From Klebsormidium nitens (lineage: Eukaryota > Plantae > Klebsormidiophyceae), in NCBI GenBank assembly GCA_000708835.1, contig DF237296.1, forward strand, positions 1-64,000: 64,000 nt of DNA, read 5' to 3'. Position 1 is the stretch's first letter; every line of letters begins with the position of its first letter. The notes beneath the pieces were generated by a model. The model was not told the DNA's origin, made no database searches, and saw only the letters and a program-made list of their open reading frames with translations. The position numbers were made by a program, and so were the translations under genes. Shown here in pieces: positions 11,856 to 24,100 of the stretch.

Positions 11856-14800
11856 ATGAGGACCTTTGAGGACGTCTACGGACTGTGGCTCAGCAGCAAA
11901 TGCCCCGTTGCCGGGGCGCCAACGCTAGAAGCGGTGAGTGCTTCGTGCTCGAGCATCTCTCCCCTCCTTAATGAGAAGCACCCATAACGTTGATTGCTAG
12001 ATGGCTCTTAAGCTCATGTGCTCCCCTTGATGAATCTCCGTGACGGCGGACCTTCGTAAGTATTTGGCAAAGCTGGACTTTAGCTCTCGTTCAGTGCCAC
12101 AGTGTTTCTATGCACCCTGCTTTGAGCTGTGCTGTACAACTCCTAGAAACCGCCTTTGAGTTGGGACCTCTTTCCAGTTGCATCTGAACCAGCATATTCG
12201 ACCACTTATCCTTCTCGTGACCCCGTTTCTTACTGAGACCCAGGCTTGGAGTCATAACTGTCCCTTGAACTGCTAGCCTTTAAGCAATCTAAGCAAAGTT
12301 CAACAATATCAAGTATGCTTTGCCCTCTGTTCTGTCGTTCAAACTGTTCAGTTCACCTCCGTGCGAGACCTCTCCCGCTTCTTTGTTTCAGAAGTTCAGC
12401 TGATCCGTTTTGAATATTCCGGGAAAAGCGGGCTTCTGCGTTATGTGTACCCCTTTTGTCGGGCCCACGAGCTATGGCACTGTTTTGTCCCCACTGAGAT
12501 TCTTGCGGCAACGCTCATTTGAAAGCTCAGAATCATCCACAGTAAAGACTTTGCGCAATCTGCAGGCCCGGTTCTTTAAAAGAACTTGGGGGCCTGATAC
12601 CCTCTTGACCATTCCGCAAATGGATCCCTGATCTCTCCTGCTCTGCTTGATGCAGGCACTCGTAATTTTGGGCTACATAACCTTCCTGGCGATCGCTGGC
12701 GCCATTCTTCCTGGAAAGACGTATGCTGGAACGGTCCTTGCTGATGGCAGCCGGATCTCCTACAAATGCAACGGTGAGTACTTTCAATCCGTTTCTTTCA
12801 ACTTCATTGGCTCGAAATTTCAGAGAAGTTCTTTCCGATGACGCCCTAATGGACAAGTTACTTCGAAGGATGTTCAGAACTCCTTTCAATGCCAGCAGAA
12901 CTTCAGATACAGTACGTTGGGGATATCGCACGGAAGCTGCTGTTCTTTCATTACTGTCATGCTATTCTCTTCTGAACACCTTCTATAAAGGCTAAGGGAA
13001 CGGGACAAGCACCTTGGCTAGCGGGCGTTCGAGCATGCTTGTGCTTAGCGAAAGACGCAATTTGTCCTCACTCCACCTGTCTGTATGTCGAGCGGCAACT
13101 AAAATTGCCTCCTTTGTTACCCGTTTTGTGGTTTGAAACCAGCTTTCTTTTATCCTCATGACAGGTTTCCTGTTGCTCCTCGTCCTTTTGGCCAGCCTTG
13201 GGGGCCTGGTGCTGACTGGCGTCGTAGATCCCAAGGTAACCAATCATCTTAGGTGGTCTATTGTCGGAACCCTTGAGTAGAGAACGTTTCCCATTCTGGA
13301 CCCCTACAATGGTTGATACTCTATGCGCGCGCGGCTCAGAAGACTGGTGACATCCCGAGTTCCCAGTGACTGTCTCCATGTCTGCGGACGGGAAAGCACG
13401 TACGTCAACATGCCACCTATTGGCGTCATCGGAGAGGATTTAGTTGGTCGGTCGACAGCAGCCATAAGTGGTTACGTTACAATGGGTTTACCCCTAGGTC
13501 ACACGTGTCAGCCCGAGTCTTCAGCTGCTCACGCATAGGGGTACCAGAAGGTATGGGGGTCAAAAATGAAACCTGGAGTCCACTTTTCCTTTCCAGGGGT
13601 TCTCTCAATATTTTCAGCTTTTGGTGCCGCTCCGAATCAGCTATACTCAATGTTCCAGACGAAGCAAAAACCCATTCATCACTCCCAAAAGAATGAGAGT
13701 CACCGAATGCATTCGCGTCACAACAAACGAACGCCTTTCTCTCGCAGTACATAGCACGAAATAGAGGGGCCCTGTTTACGACCGACCTCGCCATCGCTTT
13801 TGCGGTAAGGCTCCTGAAGAGAGGCTTTGCTCATCTCACGGACTGTACTTTGCAGCACAGCGTTCTTGTTTTCGATGAAAGCCTCATCAGCGGCCCGAAA
13901 AGTGAATGCTGGAAAGAAACCCCCACACAGTGTCGGGTGCTTCTGTGCCTTTTCCCAAACAAGCTGTGAAGTCCGATGGACAGATGCCCTTGTCGCTCCA
14001 AATATTCTCGCAGAAGTTGTGACACGGGCGTAAACGCTTTCGTTCTCTGTTAGCATCTCAAGTCGTAACGTTTTCTTGACGTGCGCAGTTGTCGTGCATC
14101 TTGTATGTCCAAGGCCTGTCGTCCAGCAGCAAAGCCGCGTCGTTCGAGCCGCACGTGACCAGCAATCCGCTACAAGATTGGTGAGTCTCGGTCCCTAACA
14201 CATGGCACTTGCAGGTTCTTTCTTCTTGTTTTGCTGATCCAAAGATTTTGTCTCAACGTGGCATATGCCGGTATACCCGGATTTTGGTTCTTCCTAACCC
14301 TTCCTGCCTCTCAAGTCGGGTACCCTGATGACGGCCTTTGTTATTGGTTCCTCAGTGCAGTCGTCCCCTGAGAATTTTTGTGGGCAAGTATTAGCACTCT
14401 TCAGCTAGCCCGAAAGTCTTCGCTCCCAGCAATCTCGAGTTGACGGGTGCCTGTACACCAAGCATCTTAGCGATTGAAATACAATTGCAGGTCCAATCCA
14501 AGATAAGATTGAATGAGCCGTATCGTCTATGGCAGTTCAGGACCCCTTAAAATTTGTAAACGGATCGTCAGACACCGAGCATCTTCAGACGAAGCTTCGG
14601 TTCCACATGCATTTTAAGGTCATTGACGTCTTAATCGTATGTGACGGTCGAACGCAGTGCATACCTACAAACCCCCTACTGCACACCTTGTAAAGGCAAA
14701 CCAAACCGCAAGCGAAAGCCGTAAACGTGATTTAACCGTCCAGTGCTAGCCTCGACTATAACTGACCCTGATACTAAGGTCGGACTCTGATACTGACCTT

Positions 14801-17800
14801 AACGGTGATTGTTTCCCTAACTCTTAGCATCGGTTTTGGTTCAGGTGGTGCGGCGTTCAACTCAACCCACGCTTTCTAGGCCTCGACATAAAGTAAGCTC
14901 CTTTGGCGTCCTTTCGGTTTGGAAAGTCTCCAACATTGAGGTTTGGACGTTCAAGCTTTTCATGGTTGGGCGCAATTATTTCTAGCGGTTTTACCTGGCC
15001 TCGGCCTATGCCTATGCTTTGAAACTTCGTGTATGCAGAATTTCAATGACTTTCATGAGTATCTAGAAACAAACGACACACTAAAATCAAGATCCTGACT
15101 GGCAGCGAAGATGAGCTACGAGTATTGCGCTATCCAGCCTGATTGTCATCATCGCATTTCGTACCCGCTTCATTTCTGCTTGGACACAGCCGCCAGACAT
15201 GAAGCAGCTCAGAACAAGCGGAATAGGACACGTCCGCTTTTGATGATAGGTCTGCTTTGATGAGAACTGTGATCGCGTCGAATCTGAGGTGCACCAAGGC
15301 AGCCTTGGGCGTTTTCGAGTAAGATGAAAAAAAGAAACATCGATATGTGATGATCTGACGAACTCCGCAAAGGCTTGCGTTTGGTATCTGCTCTGTTGGA
15401 TTGTTACACAGACTTTCTGAACTTGCTTCACTTGGCTTACCCCTTCCTCCAGCGCAGAAAGCAACCAGAAACTTGAGTGTATGACGCTGACCTGTTTGTT
15501 CGTGGTGCGAAAGACTCCCCATCTTTCAAGCAAAGGGTCTTAGATCTGTTAATAGTCAGCACCCGATTTCCAAGCTGCAAATATAGCCTGCGACCTCAAA
15601 TCGAAGTGACCGCTAAGAAGCAGCTGCCAAAGGTCAAAGCACACGAAAGGCGGAGAGATCCACATATCAACCGGGACGTTGCATTTAAACACGCTATACT
15701 CTGTGTACCATAGGCTATGTGATACGCTGTACTTATGCAGGTTCTTCTGGTACCGCCCCTCGATGATGGGTTGGCTCCTCATTAACATCTCTCTGGCCGC
15801 CCAACAACTAGACGTGCGGGGATCCGTCTCGCTGCCCATGATCCTTTACCAGGCCTTTACCGCCTTCTACATATTTGACTACTTCTGGCACGAGGAGTAT
15901 GTGACCTCCACGTAAGTTCCATTTTTTTCTCATCCAATCGATCGTTTCCTTCGTCCGTTCGAATCTCCCTCTCTTTTTTGAAGGTACACGTTTTTCCCCA
16001 GCGCTGCACGCGTTGAGACCTTTCCTTACCATTTCTGCTTCGCCTGCTTTCTTGGACCAGGGAACGTGCTCACGTGTGCCAAATTCCGGTCCGTAGGCAA
16101 GAAGACTGATCGTCAAACACCTTTTTGAGACGATGAAGAACTCGAGCGCCGTCTGTTTGGTCTGTACTGAGTTCCGTCGAATGACGCCGGGAATTCTTAA
16201 ACAATGGCTCACAGCGGATCTTCAAAACGTCCAAATGTGCGAGGAAGTGCGCGCGTCTGTTGCTTTCTCCACACGCGATTGGTGTTGCCATCCATCCGGC
16301 TTTCCTCTGCAACAACCTGAGCGCAAGACTCTGTCTCCGACCGGTAGTCGTTGTCCATTTAAGAAAGACAGTATCAAGATCCGTGCGCACATTGACGGAT
16401 GAATATTCCGCAGCGATGGGACTCTAGCGTTGACAAATCAGCAAGAGTGTCCAGCTGTGAGGACGTTCCCCCGTCTAAGTTTAGCAAATAATTGATTGCC
16501 ACGTTCCTGCACAAGCTTTCAATCAGTTGCCACGTGTCCCGTGCAGCTGGGACATCATTGCGGAACACTTTGGCTTCATGCTCGTCTTTGGGGACATCGT
16601 GTGGATCCCGTTCACCTTCTCCATCCAGGTGCGTTCCTTCCCTTCTGCCTAGCCCTCGAAAGGTCAGGGAAATGGGAATGATAAAAGATGCTTCCATTTG
16701 AAGGAAACATTCATCCCGAACTACAAAAAAAGGAACGGCAATCGGGAACGAAGGTGCTTCCGTCTGTTATATTTTTACACCGGAAAGAAAACACCAAGAA
16801 AGAGGGATTCGGTGAGCTGCTGACTGTCTGCCGGTCTTCGGTTCACTCTGTTTGGACTTACAAGCAAGCAACCTCAATGCTTGTGGCTGAAACATCATTT
16901 TGATCTTGGATCAGAGGGGGGTCTTCTGTGTATCGTTTTTACCACACCTGTCCGTGCGAGCGTGCAATTCGGAAGCAAGGCTTTTGAGAAAAGTTTGCAA
17001 AGCTCTATGGTGTTGCCCATCTAGCGTGCCGGGTGTTGCACCGTGCGGCATCCCTTGGTTGAGGTGGCAAAACCTAAAACCAGGTCTTATAGTGTGGACG
17101 ACCTCCCCCTGGCGACTGAAACCGTAACTTGAAGCACGGACAAGCAGTACAAAGCTCGGGAGATTGTTGGGCGATGCAAACGTCACAAATGACGTCGGCG
17201 CCTTCGCATTTCCGCGGATTGCTGAAGGTCACGTAGACAGTCATCTTGACTCTGTTCGGGAAACGATTTTCATCAGGAAAGATGAGCTTTAAAACAAAGA
17301 CTTGCCGGGCAGCAATTTCGCTGTTACAGCCGCCGCAATCGCAGCACCTGCGATATCTCTGGCGACCACGGGGGTGATATACAGGCTTCCCGGGTCGCCC
17401 GGATCCCATCAGTACCTCTCTTCGCAGGGCTGGTGGCTTCTTCAACACGACCCGCCCCTCTCGCCGTTTGCCGCTGCTATTTTAGTCGCCCTTTTCCTAG
17501 CTGGGTAAGTTTCTTAAGTGGGCGTCCTGAGGCTTTTAACGCCTCGGCGACCAGATGCCGCAGAAATGGGCATGTTGGTCGCTGAGGCCCAACTCCAAGA
17601 TGCAATAGAGTCCGTCTGATGAGAGTTGCCACTGGTGCGCTTGAAATTTAGACGCCTCTTCAACTGGACGTAAGCTAAGCTTGCTTTTCCTTTCATCCCT
17701 TTGATTGCGGTCCTGAAGCTCTCATAAGCGAACATTCGATCTTTTCGTCAGAGTCAGGCTTAAAAGCCACCGAGCGTGCCTCTCCGAAGCTTAAAACCCG

Positions 17801-19308
17801 ATCGAGCCGCATTTTTTAATTTTCATCAGGGGTCGCTCGTCGGCAAGCCCCACGTAAAATAGCGTAATGGGCTTTCTGTCCGGCGCTTAGGACTGACGTC
17901 ATCTTTGATGCAAGTAACGCAGATGTGAGCGGAAGTGTCTTCTGTCTGCTCGTTAGCAGCAACTCTCTCTCAGCACAGCGGCTGTTTCGGCCCCCGTCAA
18001 CTGCCGCCGTCCGTGCTTTTGAGGAGCAAAACAGTTCGGTAGCCAGAATGGCTTTGTAATTTGAGATTGGCGTAGGTGAGGAACACAAGCCTGTAACTCT
18101 CATAGAGCGTACGCTGACGTTTGGTCCTTCAAATCCTTGTAAAGCTAGAAGTCGTACCTTCCGCAGGTACGCCATCTTCCGGGGTTGTAACAGTCAAAAA
18201 CACGAGTTCAAGCGGGACCCGACAGCCCCCATATGGGGCCGTAAACCGGAGCTAGTGGGGGGCAAGCTTCTAGTCTCGGGCTACTGGTGAGCAAGACCCC
18301 CGAACCGATAATGAAGCTTTATTGTTGTTCAATCTCGATGGATTCACCCACGCCGATGCGGAAGCCTGTGGTCTCGGTCTTATTTGCGAGTCAAATCCCC
18401 CCCCCAGCTAGCACGGAAGCTTCCACTCTCGTTCTATCTATAAGTTGAACCTCCCCCCAGCCGATGCGGAAGCTTCTAGTCTCGTTCTTCTTTTCAGTCG
18501 CACATCCCCAAACTCAACACGGAAGCTCCCAGTCTCGTTCTGTTCGTGGGTTAAAAACCCGTTAGCCATAACGACGGCCTCTAGCCTGCATATTGCCATA
18601 GGAGCACCAAACGCACATTCCGTCAAGGAGCTCCTCTGGATATGTGGCTGCTCATTACTGGATGCGCATTACTTTGGCGTTTGGAGGAAACTCAGTCTAG
18701 ACTTGTTCATAACCTCTGGGCAGCTGTTTTGGATCTTTTATCAGTTCTGGTCGCCGTCAAGATCCGCGGATAATAACTGTCTAGGGACCTTTTTCTGGGG
18801 CAGGGGCCTTGCGCGGAAGTGTAACTATCTGGGCGATCTCATGCTCGCCTTCTCTTACTCGCTGCCATGCGGTTTCAGGTCAGGCCTTTATTCTCTTCCC
18901 GCGTTTCTGCTTGCTTTGGCTCTTTTCATCCTCATTGAACGAATAGCACTCTCTTACGGCATTCCCGTGGAAAACTGACCCGTTGACCATGCCGCAATCA
19001 GCGTATACTGGGATGCGACAGTTTGGCAGGTGTCGAGAATCAACAAACCCCACTTTCCGAAACTGTCATGCATACGATCTGCTCTAGTTTGAAAGCAGAT
19101 GTTCTTAAGTCAAGCCTATGCCAATAATTTCTGACGACCTTCTCTCCTTTGCAGCTCCATCATTCCGTACTTCTATCCGACCTACCTTTTGATTCTTTTG
19201 ATAAACCGTCAAATGCGAGACGAGGCCCGTTGTCAAGCGAAGTACAAAGAGGTGTGGACAGAGTACTGCAAAAGAGTTCCTTATCGGATAGTGCCGTACG
19301 TCTTCTAG
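11856..19308 (+). CDS. FK: Delta(14)-sterol reductase (FACKEL/HYDRA2, ERG24/LBR family), 380 aa, 12 exons
   Basis: Exons 11856-11933, 12656-12773, 13165-13235, 13748-13804, 14089-14180, 14845-14892, 15741-15911, 16547-16628, 17428-17504, 18167-18286, 18804-18878, 19155-19308 total 1143 nt in frame. Motifs [76 protein letters not shown]. The short first exon is the least certain. Confidence 0.95.
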
Positions 19309-21162
19309 GATTTTTTGAAAGAATAAACTAAGCTTGGAGTTGGACAGTCTCTCTAAGTAGAGTAGAAGGCTCTAAGAGCCTGGTAAAAGTTGACAGTTCG
19401 TACCTCAGCAAGGTAGGAATGAGACCGGGGTAAGTGCGGCACGGGCGCATTCGAACCATTGAAAGTTAGGCTTAGGCTGTGAGCTCTACACGACTCACTG
19501 CAGACAATTGTGTTGAGGTCCCTTTGTAGATTGGAGCTAAGGCGAGAGATGGTCGAAAAAGACCGTATGTGAGCTTATCCAATTCTAGGCAGCCGAACTA
19601 GCTGCGTGATGATGTTGCAGCTCAAATCGGGCTCGTGGGGCCGCCTTTGAATTTGAACCGCTTCTGGGCCAGAAACTTGTCCAATCATTGAATTGTCCAG
19701 GCTGACGGTTCTGGCGGCCGCGCCTGCCCAGGATCTGCATGCATGCCAGCACCAGGCTTAGTTGAGTTCAGTTCCATCCCTGCGACGGTAAGCTAGGTTC
19801 ACGGTTATCAGAGTTGCCATACTCACAAAACCCGTATTAGGTCAGTCACGTGGGTCATGCGCTCCCTGGGCGCCACGCAAGTTACATGATGATAAAGACT
19901 CGGCTTCTCATCAGTCACTGCAAGATATGTTCAAATGAATGAATGATCCGTATGTGGTTTAGTACATGCCATGTGATCATTTGATTGATTGATGTATTCA
20001 AGTTGAACCGTTGAATTCCCAACGTCCGTCACAAAGCATGCCAGGTACCTTCAAATCGATGCGCGACCCAACTTACCCGACTCTATAGCCCATGATACAG
20101 CATGCATCTTTGATGAATGCTGCATTTTTGAGATACCTATGTAAGTCTAACTTATATAGGACCTGATTGAGTCGACCGCGTTACGATCCGAGTAAGCTAA
20201 GCTCTCTTTGCGTTACCAATCAATCATTCTAGGTGATGGTTAAGCGAGACGGCCCGCGAGTAACTTAGCTGACTTGTACGGTAACACAATGACTTATAAC
20301 ACAGACCTATTAATTCGGAGAACCTAACTCAGGCGACTCATAGATCCGACTTACACTGGTCCTATCCAAGTTTTAAGTTTACCCTAAATAGGTATCTATT
20401 AAACACGTGCATCCGATCATGCCTGTATGTCAGGGCATGTTTTGTATCAGTACCACCAAGTATTATGCATGTCCATTATATATTGGCACATGCGTCGATC
20501 AAATGATTTCACATTCGAAAACAATAACGCGCGCCAACGCCGGTGTTGGCCGGATGCCACGCGTCTAGCTAAACGATTGAATATATAGACAAGATACATA
20601 TGGGTGCATGGCTCGTGCGCGGCCATCAGACGGTCTGTAAGCGGCAACGGCACTAGGCCTTTGAGCTCTATCCGTCCCCGATTCAGCAACAACAATGCAT
20701 TTCTAACGCGGTTGACAGTGTTAGTCAGCAAAGATAGTCGGAGTCTCTAAAACGTCTCTTGACAAATTGAATAATGCAGAAGGTAAACTGCAGCTAGCTG
20801 GGTTTAAGAGTATGAATCAATCTGACTGACCCCCCCGGTGGGGAATAGGGATTCGGCGAAAGCGCATCACATACGTTCTCGGGAACAGCGCGAGCGCCTA
20901 AACCGCTGCACAGACTTCCTCTCACTGCTGTCCGATTACTGTGCGTCTGGGCACTGTCAATGCCATCTATTTGATCCTTGCCCGTGCCTAGGATTATAAT
21001 GCATTGCGTCTTGCACTTACATTGTGCCAAAATTTGTATGACGTTGATAAACTCGCACGTGACTACTGTCAAGGTATAAGATAGACTCATCGTTTTCCCT
21101 AGTGGAAGAGCAACTCAACTACAACTAATTTCGAGCAAGCTGGTGCCCACATTTCTCCAAGT

Positions 21163-24100
21163 TTAGGCTCCGTCTCGCTGTTTTGTCAAAACCTCATACT
21201 CGCTGATGGCCACAATGGAGCTCTTGTCCCCAAATTCACTCCGGATGCGCCGTCCCCTGAACTCGCTCCAAGGAACCGGTCTGTACCGAGCCGAACTCTG
21301 CAGAAATATCGAGGCAAGCTCACACTGTTTCTGGCCCTTGAACATGGATGCTGATTATGATGGGCTGGTTAGAAATATGTTAGAAATGTGCCCAATAAGC
21401 AAACTTGGGCGGTAACCAGCCTTGGAACGAGGTTAAAGGCCGGGTTACTTGTGCAAGACCATAATAGTCTGGTATAAGCATGATCAACATCCGATACGTC
21501 TCCGGGAGAAGCGATTCAGTCAGCACAGTTATCCTTTGGCAAAGGCTGTCGGACGTCAAACGAATATAGCAAACACTAGAAAAGGATTCAGAAACGCTCT
21601 GAGCATTGGGAAGATTTCGCCCGCTTTGTTGTGAGGTAAGTGCAGGGAGCGAAGGACGTGATCCGAAAAGGCTAGTCTTTGAAGAGCGCGCAAAGTCCGT
21701 TCGACACCAAGAAAGGCTGAATACACCGGATCACAGACACTTTGGTTTGAAGAGTCTTGATTGGACCTGACAGACACTCCCTGAAAATCGACGGCTCTTG
21801 TGGACTTCTTCCGGCATTCAAGAACCTCAAAGAGTCGGCAGGCTCAGGCCTCGCAACGCGGCGGAAGGAAGCGAAACAGAGCGGAACGGGCCGAGAACGG
21901 AGCCAACGGGACGAGAGAACCCTGACCAACTCAGACACAAGCCTGATCGCGCGAACCGCGTCTCAAATCAGGAAGGAAGTTAAAGGGCTCGAGAAGCGTA
22001 TTTGAGCGAAACTAGCCGACGCAGCGGATCGGGAGTAAAAGCGGAAACATAACTCACCGTTGCGGAAAGAAGGAAAGCCGCAGTCTGCGCATCGAACGCC
22101 GACATCAGGAGGATGGGGCTCGAGAAGCGCTCCTGAACGCAACTGGCCAAGCAATACGGAACGAGAACGGAACGAGAACGGAAAGGATCTTACCAATGCA
22201 GAAACGAGGCCGTGGAGAGGCGCGATCTGCGCCTCGAACGCCGGCATCAGCAAGAAGGGGCTCGAGACGCGCTCCTGGCCGGAACTGGCAAATGGAGCGG
22301 CACGGAACAGGAACGGAACGAGAACGGACCTTACCGATGTAGAAAGGAGACCTTGGAGAGGCGCAATTTGCGTCTCGAACGCCGGCATCAGGAAGAAGGG
22401 TTCGAGAAGCGCACCTGAGCGGAGCTGGCAAACGCAGCGGAACGGAGCGAAAGCGGAAACGGAACTCACCGATGCGGAAAGAAGACCTTGGAGAGGCGCG
22501 ATCTGCGTTTCGAACGCCGGCATCAGGAAGAACGGGCTGGAGAACCGCTCATGAGCGACACTGGCGAAAACCCGGTGGTATTATAAATCCCGTTTGTGAG
22601 AACCTGCATAGCATAATGGCCGTACGTTGATCAGCATTGATTTAGCAGATGAGCGATGCTTGGAGACTCGTTTGCTTGTAGACAGTTGCCGAGCCCAGAT
22701 GCCGATTCAGAGGGATTCGGGACAACAGGATATAAATCTGCCGGAGAACTTCACTGAGAGGAGAATCAGGAAAGTGTACAACGGAGGCGATCGGTTGATC
22801 GCGTGTGACTCGTTACGTCCATGTCCGATGAGTCGCCCTTCGGCCAATAACGGCAACGATCGGTCAAGACAAAAGTGCAAAGGCGTCAAGCTTGCTCTGA
22901 CGCCCTTTTAAAAGAGAGCGTCGAACCATGTGGCTAAGTAGCAACAGCAAGGGAGTAGATACGGCTTTGAAGTCGCCACGAAGATCGTACTGACATGGGC
23001 TGGAAAAGTCCAGAACAACTTTGTACGGCGTTAAGGAGCCGGAAAAAACACTTTCCCAAAAACCCAATAGCGCGATCTGTATGCAATGGGGCTATAATTG
23101 CTGGCACGTGCTATCCCGTTTCGTATCTTCAGAAAAGCCAAAGCGAAAGCGGCGAAACAAGCAGAGAGAAAACAAAAAGTTTGGTTCTGAAGAAAACGAA
23201 AGCGAATGAGCAGCTGCCGCGTGCCTGCAACATATCCCCCACGTTGACGACGAAGTGGCCCTCTTTCGGTTCGATCGTCACCCACTCGTCATCCATCATG
23301 ACCTGCAATCCCTCCACGCCGTTCTGCTGAATGATGCTGAGGAGACCCGAGTCGGTATGCCTATAGGCGAGGAAAGAAGATTCAAGTTACCGTTGCTAAA
23401 GCATCGCTACGACCTGCTTGTCGGTCTCATGATGGAAGAGAAGCCGACTGCGTGCGGTCTTTATCTCAATATGAAACCAGCATGTTTTGAAGATAGAAAA
23501 TTCTCAATCAAAGTGACACGAGCAGATTAATGAGCTTGCAATTTGTAGGGCAGTGAAGAGGTAAGGTGAGGGTATCCCAGATTATTGGGATGCGTTCAAT
23601 AAATCACCGTGCGTAGAAAAGAGCGAATTCTGTGGAGATCTGCGAGAGCGAAGTCCACGAAAAAGTAGAGCGTGTATCGATCTCTTCCGAGTTTTGCTCT
23701 TGCTTCCACCAGACAAGTATTGCATAAAAGGAAGGAAAACCGTCAAAGATAGGAAATAAACCACGCGTTCATATGCCCGGAAGTGAAGTGAGTCTACATC
23801 TCTTTCGGCCTGTTAAGCTTGTTGTCCCAATCAGCAAAGTTTCAGAGACTCAAACGAAATGAAGGACTATAAAAAGAGAGGAATCGGACTCACGAGTTGT
23901 ATCCGAGGATGTGATCCGGATCGGGGCACCGGGGATACTTGACCACCCGCAACAGACTGTTGTGGTTTGCGCAAATCTTAGACGCCAGGACGGAGGGGCT
24001 TTCATTTGTTGGCAGACTCTCGAGGATCGCGGTCAGAAGAGCAACTGAAAGGCGCTCCATGTGTCGGAAGTACGCTTCTAAAGTAACCCTGCATCCAAGA

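Noticed and set aside
21963-22554. Long repetitive ORFs on both strands, or a CRISPR-like array
   Set aside because: Explained by tandem duplication of a 2OG exon end with periods that are multiples of 3. There are no unique spacers and no cas genes.
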